Below, one piece after another: positions 13,601 through 23,950 of a DNA stretch of 64,000 bases. Source of the DNA: Raillietiella orientalis (taxonomy: Eukaryota). Numbering within the stretch: position 1 is the stretch's first letter; every line of letters begins with the position of its first letter. The stretch covers positions 496,001-560,000 of the forward strand of contig JAYWIR010000039.1 in the NCBI GenBank assembly GCA_036172245.1, read 5' to 3'. The position numbers and the translations under genes were made by a program. The notes below the pieces were generated by a model. It had not been told where the DNA came from. It searched no databases and worked only from the letters and a program-made list of their open reading frames with translations.

Positions 13601-14450
13601 CTCCAGAAACAACCTCTCAGGAGCTTCCCGTTCCTTACCCCTCCTTCCCCTGCCACCGTCCCGTCTGGAGGAACGATCCCGCACTCCTTTCCGAGAGCTC
13701 CCTGAAGATGAGTTCTCCCGAAGATCAGGCATCCTTTGCCACCAGGACGTCACCTACTGTCATCAGGCCCGTGCTTCCCGACCTTCCTTAAACGAGAGCT
13801 GGCGACTCTTCTCCTACTCTTCTGCTCCCCTTCTGCTCCTGTTGACCAGCGTGCTCTTTCCAGAGGGGCACCTCATTCTTTCTTGCCTTCTGGCACCTTC
13901 CTTGGAACATTAGTCGTCCCCTTCCTGACGTTCCCGATGCAGATTCTTCCCCTGAGGGATCTCCACACTTTGAACCTGCTCCGGATGGCTCTCGGTCTAC
14001 CGCTAGCTCCCTCCCACGATGGGCTTCCCTTTGAATGGGCCATGAAGATTTCTCCCCACGGCACGAACCGACCCGTACGGAGATGGCGGCAAGCCAAATT
14101 CGAACCGGGGGATGCGGGATTCTTAGCATCCTCAGGAGATAGACCTTCTGCTGCATGATTCTTGAAATACACTGGGGACTTCCCGCAGCTGTGAGGCTTC
14201 TCCCTCATCTTGGAATTGACGAGGGGGAGGGCATGAAGATTTCGCTCAGCAAGGAACAAGCCGGAACTTTTGCAAAGAAACTGGGAATCTTGATCTGTCA
14301 ACTTGGCAATAGCTTTTGTGGGAAGCTCTTGCCAAGTTGCGCGAGCGCCCTCTCGGGGAGGAGATCCGAACGATGCCTCAGAAATCCGATTCTCTGGACG
14401 GAAAATTCGATGCGGAAGCATTTTCGAACTGAAGTCACACCAGCAGTTCC
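7700..14450 (-). mobile_element. Highly decayed, near full-length non-LTR retrotransposon (Tx1/L1-like); boundaries approximate
   Basis: Collinear degenerate motifs on the - strand across frameshifts: endonuclease start-like LCASLARGL..RSSGK (~12230-12290); APGADG (cf. SPGPDG, ~9710-9730); PFAPANTD* (cf. RPISLLNTDY, ~9600-9625); PGFLRSEPKKS (cf. SGLxINxxKS, ~9110-9140); GGRGSGTP (cf. GGLG, ~8790-8815); C-terminal zf-RVT-like WFTKCVW..LRRWTFRLLNKH..HNPTCPF (~7980-8115). Confidence 0.6.
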
Positions 14451-16159
14451 GATGCAACAGACAGCTGACACCCGCATTCGTCCAATATCGCATCATTTTT
14501 TATTAAGTTCGTGTTTCTTTAGATTTTGTCCGCGTAGTGTCAGTTGACAGATTCAGGGAATTAAAGTGCAACTAAACATTTTGACATTGGACGTTTGTTT
14601 ATCGTCAATAGACAAACAGAAGTTTCGAGCTCATGGTCGTGCTTGTTATCTGTTTCCTTCTCGGCATACAGGAAGCTCTCTTACTGCTGATGGCTCATTT
14701 TCGTCTCAAATGGGACCACATTCAATTTGTTTCCATTCGTTACAATTCCTTAAAAACGCAAATACCCACGTTTCCAGAGACTAGTTTCATCAAATCGCTT
14801 AAAGAAAACGCTGAGCAGCCGACTATTGGAAAACAGTTGGATACCGCATAGTTTTAAAGATTTCTGCTGATCCACAAGAACAAAAATCAACACGATTGTT
14901 ATAGCAATCTCGCTTGTATATTCTATTTAATAAGTAAGGTATGAGATCAGGCTGCAACAATTGTCACTAAACATTTCTATTGTATTCTGGCACTGATGTA
15001 GCCATTAATAATTTAATATTTTCATTCTGTATGTCTACCTTATAAATTTGTAACTTCTCATTACTTTTCTTAAACTTATATGTGTTTTCTTCTTTTTAAC
15101 TGAAGCTGAAAGTTTTTCAAACTTTTTGTTTTCACTTAATTTTCTTTCGAGCTCTTACCATATTCATGAGATTCCCTAAAACATTCAATTCGAGTCTCTT
15201 TAAAATATTGAAAAATCCACTGATTAGTAGTCCCATAACTTTTTTCTTCTTTACCCATGCCTTGTTTGCATGCTAATTGCCATTTTAGGTCTGAAGTTAG
15301 GTCTGTAAATTTTTATCTGTTTTACTGTTGTTTCTGCAACTGTTATTTCCAGTATGATGTATTCCTTGGATAGTTTGGATTTATTGTATGTTAATAATAT
15401 AATATTACAAGTTTGTGAGGAAAAAAAAAGATGCACATTTCAGAAAAATCATAGCTACTTTGATAACTGATTTTCCTGATAGAAGTCAGAAGTATAAAAT
15501 TTAATAAAAGATTTGAAGGGAATACATAAAAGAATGAAGTACTTTTTTTAGAAAAGAGGAGTTCATCAGAAAAAGAGTTTTAACTTGAGGAGAAATTTAC
15601 ATACATGTAATCCGTACATATTATCAACAACGTCTGATCAGAGATTCAATCAATACTCTTGAAAAATTATTGAGATTACTAAATTCCTAATTTATAATTT
15701 TTGTAATTTGATTTCTTTCAATACTCGTTTTTTTCTCCTGTATACATGGAGACCGGAGCTCTAAACGACTCTTTGAACTTCTGATCAAAGTAATTTTCTT
15801 CACGAATTCACGATCCAATTTAAACTTGGGTACACTGAATTCACCATAATTCGTAGTAGGTACGTCTCGGGTAAATATGCACAATGTTCAGTCAAAAAAC
15901 ATGAAAACAGTTGTATAAATCATTTTACACTTTTAATAAGTTAGTTCCATGTGTTATGACAAAAATTACAAAAATTCCATAGTTCACCCATGGGAAGTTT
16001 TAATTCTCAATAACCTTTTGTGCTTTCTCTCTTTCAACGTTTGACTAATTTACTCCACAAGGTTGGATTTACAAGTAAATGACTTAAGTAATTTTGGTGG
16101 ATTTGTCAACAATATATTGAGGAAAAGTAATCTTTGGACTGTCAAGAAAACCTTATTAG

Positions 16160-16220
16160 ATGGAGGCATTAGAAAAACGGTTGCATTCGAAAGTTGATGA
16201 TTACAAGAATCTTCAAAAAG
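16160..16220 (+). CDS. PFDN6: PFDN6 coding exon 1
   Basis: ATG at 16160; MEALEKRLHSKVDDYKNLQK; donor AG|GTAATT at 16221 (phase 1). Confidence 0.88.
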
Positions 16221-18286
16221 GTAATTTCTTCAAATTAATTGACGCTGTTGAAAGATTCTAATTTTTGAGAACTTAAAAGTCATTTGTGAAGCAGCTAATA
16301 ACAAAAATGCTTTGGAAAGAATATCGCAGTGGTCTCTGTGTAACTGATTGGGTTCTTTTTGATGCTTAAGACCAGTTAGTTTTGTGTTCATGTGATCGAT
16401 TATGTTCCTGTCTTCAGATAGAATGAGGTTCCCATTTGATTCTCAGCAAATTAAAAATTTATATTGATGCGCCATATATATATTGATGCGGCATATTTTA
16501 TTTTCACCTGGTTTCCATAGCTTGGAATTAAAGATATGGAAGTCAAACTCACTGAAACAGTTCTTGGAAACAAAGCACATAGCCAATTCCGATTTTAATC
16601 ATGTCTCTGCTACTCCAGTACTTGATAGTACCAAGTATTTTCTTATGGTTCTCATTTTCATGTGATCCCTGCATATGTGTTTCTTCAAAGTAATGGTATG
16701 TGTGACAGTCCTGTCAATATTGTGTTAACTTTCAAGATATCGTGTTAACTGCTTGCTTATTAAATTTATTATAGTAGTCAAAAAATGATTTCTCCATAAG
16801 AATGGGATTTCTATTTATGTGGTAAAAAACTAATACATTAAAAACTAAAACATTACATATATTCTGTTTTTACTTCAATTGACTCCCAAAACTTTTTAAA
16901 AAATAAAATGATAACAGATATTTTCCCTTTCATGTAATGTAGTATTTGCTTTACCTTGGTGTGTGTGCAGAGTAAATGATCCATATTGTGTATGCATGCA
17001 CTTAGGTGAGTCATATAACTTCAAAGTTTGCATTCTCTATTAATTTGTAGATCAGTAATGAATAGATTATTATCTAGCGTACTTAAATTATCAGAAGTAT
17101 GAGGAACAAATTCCAAGTGCCCTTAAAAATGTTAAAAGATCAAATACAAGTGAACAAACATAGCAAAAGAAAATACTGTTTAGGAAGCCTTTGAAACTTT
17201 TTTTTCCAACTATTTGTTCATGCAAGTTCCAATGAATTCTTGTATGGAAAGGGGATTTTTCATAAATTGTTTGTGGAAAACCCACATGTGGTCTCATAAA
17301 TTGTAAAACATTAAGGATTAACCATTATAAATTTTGAACAAATTCAAGAAATGGAGATTTTAAGTAATGCAATATAAACTGTAAGATTCACGTTTCCTCA
17401 TTTGATTCTTGTGCAAATTATTAACACCTGCATGATACTGTGTCTTTAATTCTTTTCAAATATTTAAGGGCACTTGAGTTTCCTTTCAAATCTTAATCAT
17501 TTTCATTACCTCTTTGAGTACAGTTATAAAATATAGTAATTATCAGCAAACAGTTTCTGTTCTGAAAAATTGTATGTTGCTAAAGGTAATTGTTGCATGC
17601 TTTTATGTGAGATCATGCATGACTTTTTTGTGTGAACTCTCATGCTACCTATTTGCAACTTAGCAGATCTGTTAAATACCTTTCTCAACAGATTTTCAGA
17701 AAATGGTCCAAGTTCGGCAGAAATTGGATGCTCAGTTAAATGAAAATACTTTGGTGAAACAGGTAAATGTACATCTTGTGATTGGGTAATTTGAAAAGTC
17801 ATTTTGCAGGAACTAGATATTCTTGATGATTCTGCAACTGTGTACAAATTAATTGGGCCTGCCTTGATAAAACAGCCATTAGAGGATGCTAAGGAAACAG
17901 TTAGCAAGAGGATTGAGTACATTACAGGTGAAATGTAAGAATCAGAATGATTTCTTTGTTTGCAAATTGTGACATGTTTTCTTTTTGTTCATTTTGCATG
18001 ATGATTCAATCTTTGTAAATATTATTTTGAAATGTATTTTTTAAATCAGTTTTTATCTACTTGTCATTATACATTCTAATGATTTAACAAGAGATAGTGT
18101 GATTAGATGAAGAAATATAAGTGAAAAATTTTCTTTCCTTACCCAATTAATTTAATTGAACTTTTTAATAGTGACAGATATGAAAAGACAATCAAAGACA
18201 TGAATGATAAACTTAACAAAACTCGAGATGAATTGAATGTGCTGCAGCAGCAGTATCAGCAGACACAACTTAAGAGTCATTCTTAA
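16160..18286 (+). CDS. PFDN6: Prefoldin subunit 6, 4 coding exons: join(16160-16220,17692-17762,17810-17934,18172-18286), 123 aa
   Basis: Spliced translation MEALEKRLHSKVDDYKNLQKDFQKMVQVRQKLDAQLNENTLVKQELDILDDSATVYKLIGPALIKQPLEDAKETVSKRIEYITGEIDRYEKTIKDMNDKLNKTRDELNVLQQQYQQTQLKSHS* matches prefoldin-6 (human RQKLEAQLTENNIVKEEL..VFKLLGPVLVKQ..ATVGKRLDYITAEI). All introns are GT-AG with consistent phases (1,0,2). Confidence 0.96.
17692..17762 (+). CDS. PFDN6: PFDN6 coding exon 2
   Basis: Acceptor tttctcaacAG; DFQKMVQVRQKLDAQLNENTLVKQ; donor CAG|GTAAAT. Confidence 0.95.
17810..17934 (+). CDS. PFDN6: PFDN6 coding exon 3
   Basis: Acceptor attttgcAG; ELDILDDSATVYKLIGPALIKQPLEDAKETVSKRIEYITGE; donor AT|GTAAGA. 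Confidence 0.96.
18172..18286 (+). CDS. PFDN6: PFDN6 coding exon 4 (with stop)
   Basis: Acceptor ctttttaatAG; DRYEKTIKDMNDKLNKTRDELNVLQQQYQQTQLKSHS; TAA at 18284-18286. ATTAAA hexamers near 18445-18466 are candidate poly(A) signals. Confidence 0.93.
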
Positions 18287-18799
18287 ATTCCAATAACAAG
18301 AAATCAAAATAAGAAGTCATCAGATGATATAGAAAATGTTTTTTTTTTTTTTTCTTCTCTTTCCATGTCCTGTCCCTCTTTTGTTTTTGTTTTTGGATGC
18401 TTGAATATTTAATAGTGATTATCTAATCACATCCAGCTCAACAGATTAAAACCAATTGAAATTAAAGTATTGTTTATTATTTGTGGCAGTGACTTTTTAT
18501 TTTTCCATCAGTTCAATCAAGTAGGTAAACAAGTAATTACAACTCATTTAATACTGTTGACTGAAGAAAGAATTGTTTCGTTTTTCAGTTTGTCATGTTC
18601 CAAACTTTCTACCTGGAAAATTGTCGGATTCCAATAACATTAGAAAATCTGTATTACTACCAGGGAAGTGTGTCAACTTACATGTAATCTTGTTTTACGT
18701 CAGAGTAAATACAGACTTAAAAATCAGTTGTGGATTTCCAAGTTTGGAGAATTGACAAATCACAATTTTTCTAAATAGCAGTTTAGCGTATCGGATTCT

Positions 18800-20350
18800 G
18801 CCTTTCACCATATTTTGAGTCAACCATGTTTTGATGTTTTCGACACCATGTGTTCACGACTATGTTAAGGAACACCTTCCTGGAAGTGTACTAAAGGTTT
18901 CTGAAGTATGCGTAATTAGTATGGAACATGAAAATCTGCACCACGAAATTGTGGGTTGAGTTCTAAAGTGGATATAAACTCAAGTCGTTTAGTGGAATCC
19001 ATCCTGCAAATATGGATGGATGCTAGGCACTTTTCTCACTGTAGTATCCCTATTAAAAGTGTATGTAATGCCCTGCACAGCCTTCAGTTCTGTTAACCCC
19101 TATTTCTTTGCCTTTATCCTTGCTGATGGAATTTCTTGCCTTCTTCTTTTGGGCACCGAAAAAGAATGCTGCCGACATCATTCCTTCATTTTTTGGTGTT
19201 TACTGTGTACTGCCCATCGATAAACCAGTTCACAGTTCATGAGAATTTCGAAAAATGTGTGTTACAACGTTGTTTGAATCAAAGCGCATCCACAAAACGT
19301 GGCCGAGGATAAATTCGGGTGGTCGGTGGCAGTAACTCTTGAAGTTGCCGGAGCGCACGGTGCATTCGAGGCGGCAAGGGACACACAAACATCGCAAACA
19401 GCTGTCCTTTAAACGGCGAAGAGCCATTGGGTCAGGCCTGGAAGTGGTGTGCCGGAATCCAGCGCATCCCAGAAGAAGTGTTAAAACACCGAAGAACGAG
19501 GCCGATGTGCGAGCAGAAGAGGCTTGGGTTTGGGAACATCAGGCTGCCCAGGAATCAGCGAATAAAGCAAAACCTGGCCTGATTTTGGCATCGATCTCGA
19601 CACCGTGTTTGACCCCTTTTACTTGGCCTTTCGTTTCGGAGGGGAGCTGCAATTCAACCGCAGCAGCTGCGTTAAGCTTGAAAACATTTTGACGGAACAC
19701 ATCAATCGAAGCTAACGGTTTGGCTGATGTGAGCCCTTTCTCAGCGTAAAAGGTGCTTTTCGAGGTTTTGGTGTGAGTTTGAAAAAGGCAGTAACGGCGT
19801 TTGTGTCGAGCCACCGCTGGCGGTGGTACCTTTGCGGTCATCATCATCATGCTTTATCAGCAGATGGCTGATAAAGCTGGAACTGCTTCGGATGCCCCAC
19901 TGCTGTTCTGCGATCCCAGCGAAAACAAATGTTCGAAAACGGATCCTTTTATGGAATCGAAGTTCCCATATCACGTCGATAAAAAATACCAAACGTGTTA
20001 GCACTTTTTGGCACAATCTGCGTAGGCAGAAATCGAAAGCAAACACGGCCGGTACGAAGTGTCGTATCAGAAATCCGCAGAAGCGAGTCTTTGGGGAGGA
20101 GGAAGAATCACGTCGGTATGGAATTTCAGTGCTCCGAAAGCTCTTTACGTGGGATCGCTCTGCAATGAGCGGTTGAGAAAGGTCGCTTTTCAAAGTGAAA
20201 ACAATAAATGTAATGCATACGGTGAGAAAAGAGGCTGTTCCGAAGGCCCGCTCCGGAAGCAGGGAAGGAACCGCACGTTCTGCCGAATTTTCCTTGAAGC
20301 AGTTTTCAGGGAATGCCACGCAAGTCCCGCTTTGCTTTGACCCTTTCTGT
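18800..20350 (-). mobile_element. Decayed non-LTR retrotransposon fragment, RT plus RNase H (I/R1/Tad1-like architecture); boundaries approximate
   Basis: In order on the - strand: AVFAFDF (cf. AVFLDFxKAFD); WGIRSSSSFISHLL (cf. GVPQGSxLSPxL); KHDDD (YADD position); QVKGVKHGVEIDAKI (cf. VKYLGVxIDxKL); then RNase H-like WFIDG (19227-19213), TELKAV, HICRMDS and HGVEN..MVDS. Confidence 0.6.
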
Positions 20351-21199
20351 CCGTAATTACTGACCGGCAGAAGCAGCTGTCTGTGCTCGCGGAGGCCGAG
20401 GTGAGGACTATGGCTGTTGGCAGCGTTCGGTTTCCTACAGCGGGGATCTACAATCTCCTATCTCGTTCTATTCAATTTACAAAAGTCCTCGTACCCTTCC
20501 TCGAACCACGTAAACCAAACCTTTCGCTCCTTCCCATCACCGCCTTTCTGCTCTAACGATCGTTAATGATGGGAGCTCTCTTGAGCTCGAGGCCCTACAT
20601 GTCTGTGGTCTGAAATATCGACAGAACATTAGGTTGATGGACCGTGAGTGGATTTCATGGTTTCCACTTCCAAGGTTGGGGCGCAGCTTGCACGCACGCA
20701 CATACCCCACGCGTTCTCATTAGTGGTTTTCGGCGGTTTTGATTCCCGGATGCCAAGTCCACAGCATCCGTGCATCGAACGTCTCGGGAATTCTTGGGTT
20801 TGTTTCACCACGCCGCTTCACCTCGCAGCGCCACAGCTGTGAAGTGACACATGAGCAGCATCCGAAGATCGAGTCGTCGGCTGTTCCCTCTTAAACGCCT
20901 CTTACGCGGATGTGAGTTCATTTTAACAAACTGCATCTCGTTGCCTTCAGAAGCTTCGAGAGAGAAGAAGTGTCGAATCGGTCATGCTCCACCCGGGGCG
21001 CCGCCGGATGAAGAGGTGCGCTGCCCCCCGCTTTCCGTCCGCTTTAACGGCATTCGTTGTGCCAAGAGTTTGCTCTTCCGCCTGGGCGCAAGACCGGGTA
21101 CGGATAATCAATGGTTGGGGTCATCCATGCGTTTTTGCTTCCGATGTACTGTTTTGGTAGTTCTTCGCATCCGCTTGTCAGGGTCGCAATTTCCTAATG

Positions 21200-21900
21200 A
21201 CAAGAACGCGCAGTTTCCCTAAATTTCAGCAAATTGAACTTGAAGCCATTCCGGAGTTTTTGCTCCCGGACCAAGAGGTACTTTTTTTTTTTTTTAATAC
21301 GCTTTCGTGTAATTTGTCCTTCCCTCGCGGAACATTGTGCCCTTGCTTGAATCATCTCCTTCCGGAAATTAGGAAATGAATTCAACAACACATCTGCTTC
21401 TTTTCCTGCTTGTCATACACAGACGTACGACCTCTTGCACGAGGCCTTTTCCCTCTCGATAACCAGTCAACCGTTCACTCGGAGCTACCCTTCCCCGAGG
21501 ATTTTGCAACCCAGTTTTCTTTCTTTTTTTTTTTTTTTTCCTGGCTTTGTGCGATGTCTGCAGTAATCTGTCTTCATAATGAAATATTTGTTCAAGCCCC
21601 AATTGCAGGGCATCATCCTGTTCGTTCACACACTCGGCATCTTTGGGCGCTGCTGTTTTCATCACGGAACTTTTGTTGCTCCAATTTAATTAGCAGCCTT
21701 AGAATTTCCGTATACCTGAAGGGATCCGGAATTAGGGTCAACTTCCATCCATTTCTTTTAGGCAACTCATCATCTTTCCTTTGTGGAGTTGTTTTCATCT
21801 TTTATACTGCACGTGTGCACAAGGAGGAATCATCTCTGAGGAGAGTCGGCTGCATTGCACCAGGTGTTTCTTTCAGTCCTTTTCTTCTTCTTCTTCCCCA
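21200..21900 (-). mobile_element. Possible decayed LINE reverse transcriptase fragment
   Basis: Weak collinear motifs: GWKLTLIP (cf. WKxAxIxPIPK), EQQKFRDENSSAQ (cf. EQxGFRxxxST), LGLEQIF (cf. LDLEKAF), NVPRG (cf. GVPQG). Interrupted by poly-T runs. Confidence 0.3.
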
Positions 21901-22349
21901 AAGCTGCAAAATACTAAGGCCATCCTTAGGGTACGGAAAAAATAAATAAATGCGAAACACTGCGAGATACCGCAGTGTGACTTTCGATCACACAGACTGC
22001 AGGTTTGACTGAACGATTCGGATTTGCCAGTCTGTTTGGTCTCTGGAGAGGAAAGAGCTTTGCAGTCGGCGGGGCGGTTCCTCGCCAGGAAACCGAACTC
22101 GGATGCATCTCTTCAGCTTTCGGTCATGGAAACCGGTGGACTCGTTGTGTTCCCCCACTGCGTTCGTTGTCAGGACCAGTCCGCCTGGTGGCGGTGCCTC
22201 GCCTTGCTTCCGCGCAAAGTGTTCTGCAAGGGTGGGATGGTGTGGTCGCTGGTTCCCAAAAAGGAACTTTTCGGGAGCAAACTTTTTTCGAGAACGAACG
22301 CTTCAGTGACTTCATGGATTCTTTTCCCTCATCCATTGCCATGACGAAG

Positions 22350-23950
22350 TTCGTGTTTCTAGGCGTATTCCCGATCCCGAATTCCACCGGCAAGAACAGG
22401 AAATTCCCCTTCCACTCACCACAGATATCGTTAATGAGATTGAGCCACGAAAGGATGATGATCAAACCGCAAAAGGAGCTCATTAGGCACTGAGGCATTC
22501 AACTAACGAAGGCAAAGGACTGCACCAACGGCAAATGGGAAACTGCGCGCTCGAGCAGGAAGAATAAGAAATCAATTAACAGCAAGTCGAAGAGTGGCAA
22601 CGATTTCTCATTCTCATTACTTTTCGATGCGCTTCCCATCGATCTGTAAAGTGGTTGCATTATTTTTGTTGCATCTCGATCCACCCCCACAAAGACCGAT
22701 TGAAATTCCCCATCGTGAAACCGGAAACTGTGCTGCAGAGCTCGTTCCAAGGAATTCGGAGTAGGACCACAGACGTGCTTTGATCTCCAGGCTCGGCGTG
22801 TCTTTTCCCCTTTTGTCGGACTTGCATCTAGAGCGTTTCAAAAATCTGTTGACCGGGTCGAATCCGAGATACATGTGCGTCTGGAGACCTGGAAGGAAAC
22901 TTCCGCGTTGGATTTCGCAGGTTAAAGCGGCCGACTTCGTTGCAGCCCACGCGACAGCGGCAGAAAGTTTTCGTCCGATTGACCGCGAGCGAGGTTTCCA
23001 GCTCGCGTGCGAAGCAGCTGGCATGTCGGCAGCAGCAGTGCACCCCCGCGGCGTACGTCTCGTTATCTATTTAGGTGGAGCCCCTTTGGGCAAGGGGCCC
23101 AGGAGGAGGAGGAAGAGTTGATTCGCAGGAACGGAAAGTTCGAGCGAGGAACCCGCATGAACGCCAGGCTCGCCGACTTGTCCTCTTCGGAACTCTGCGA
23201 TTTAGTCGGGAGGCTACCGAAGTCCAGTTCTGGGACCCAAGACGCTCCCCTCCCCTTTATCTGCGTTGGTCTCTTCACGTGCGAGAACACCTTCTTCACC
23301 GGCTCGACGCTGCGGTTCCCGGAAACCGGATTCCATCTCAGGCGCGCGGCCAGAGGTGGACCCCTGCTTGCTTCCGGCGAAACCGGGATCCGCTACGCAT
23401 CCCCGGAACGTCTAAATCCCGAAGCACCAGAGTGACCTGGGAAAAAGTCGAAAAGATGGTTTCAGGATGTACGTTTTCCAAAACTGGGATGCTAGAGCCT
23501 CGTCTCTGGAGGGGAGAGGCAGCGTCCCAAAGTCACCACCGTGCCTTCCCAATCTGCCTGCCGCTCCCTCGCGCCTTCACCCTGCCGGTGGCAGCACCCG
23601 GCGTTCGCTGAGACAAAAAAAAGGGAAGGACAAGTGGGTCTTGCATTTGCTGGTCCAGTGAATCCAGTGAATCTCACTGTCTCCTGCGCTGGTCCAGTCG
23701 TGAGGACTGGCACCGCAGGGAGACGGCGGGACGGGGCTGACGAAACCCAGCCAGGATCGAAGCATCGGCATCTGGACCAGCGCAGGAGACAGCGAGAGAG
23801 TGTCCCAAATAGAGGAGGCAAGGACGTCATCCTCCCGCCCCGGGAACGGACGGCCATGAGGTGCTCTGCCGGGGCTCAGAGTCGAGACGGGGAGCGCGCG
23901 CGTCGGAGGCAGCCCTGAGTGGTCTCACCGGGTCGCAGCCGGTGGGCGTC
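22350..23950 (+). mobile_element. Decayed Penelope-like retroelement (RT, possible GIY-YIG remnant); boundaries approximate
   Basis: Collinear PLE-type motifs: SLLFDALPIDL (cf. SLFTNVP); SFQG..TD; GVSFPLLSDLHLERF (cf. MGSPLSPxLAxxxMExFE); EVQF..APLPFICVGL..FFTGSTLRFPETG (cf. IQFTxE..LPFLDV..FxTxVYRKPT); then VSCAG..DETQPGSKHR, weakly like the GIY-YIG region. Confidence 0.55.
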
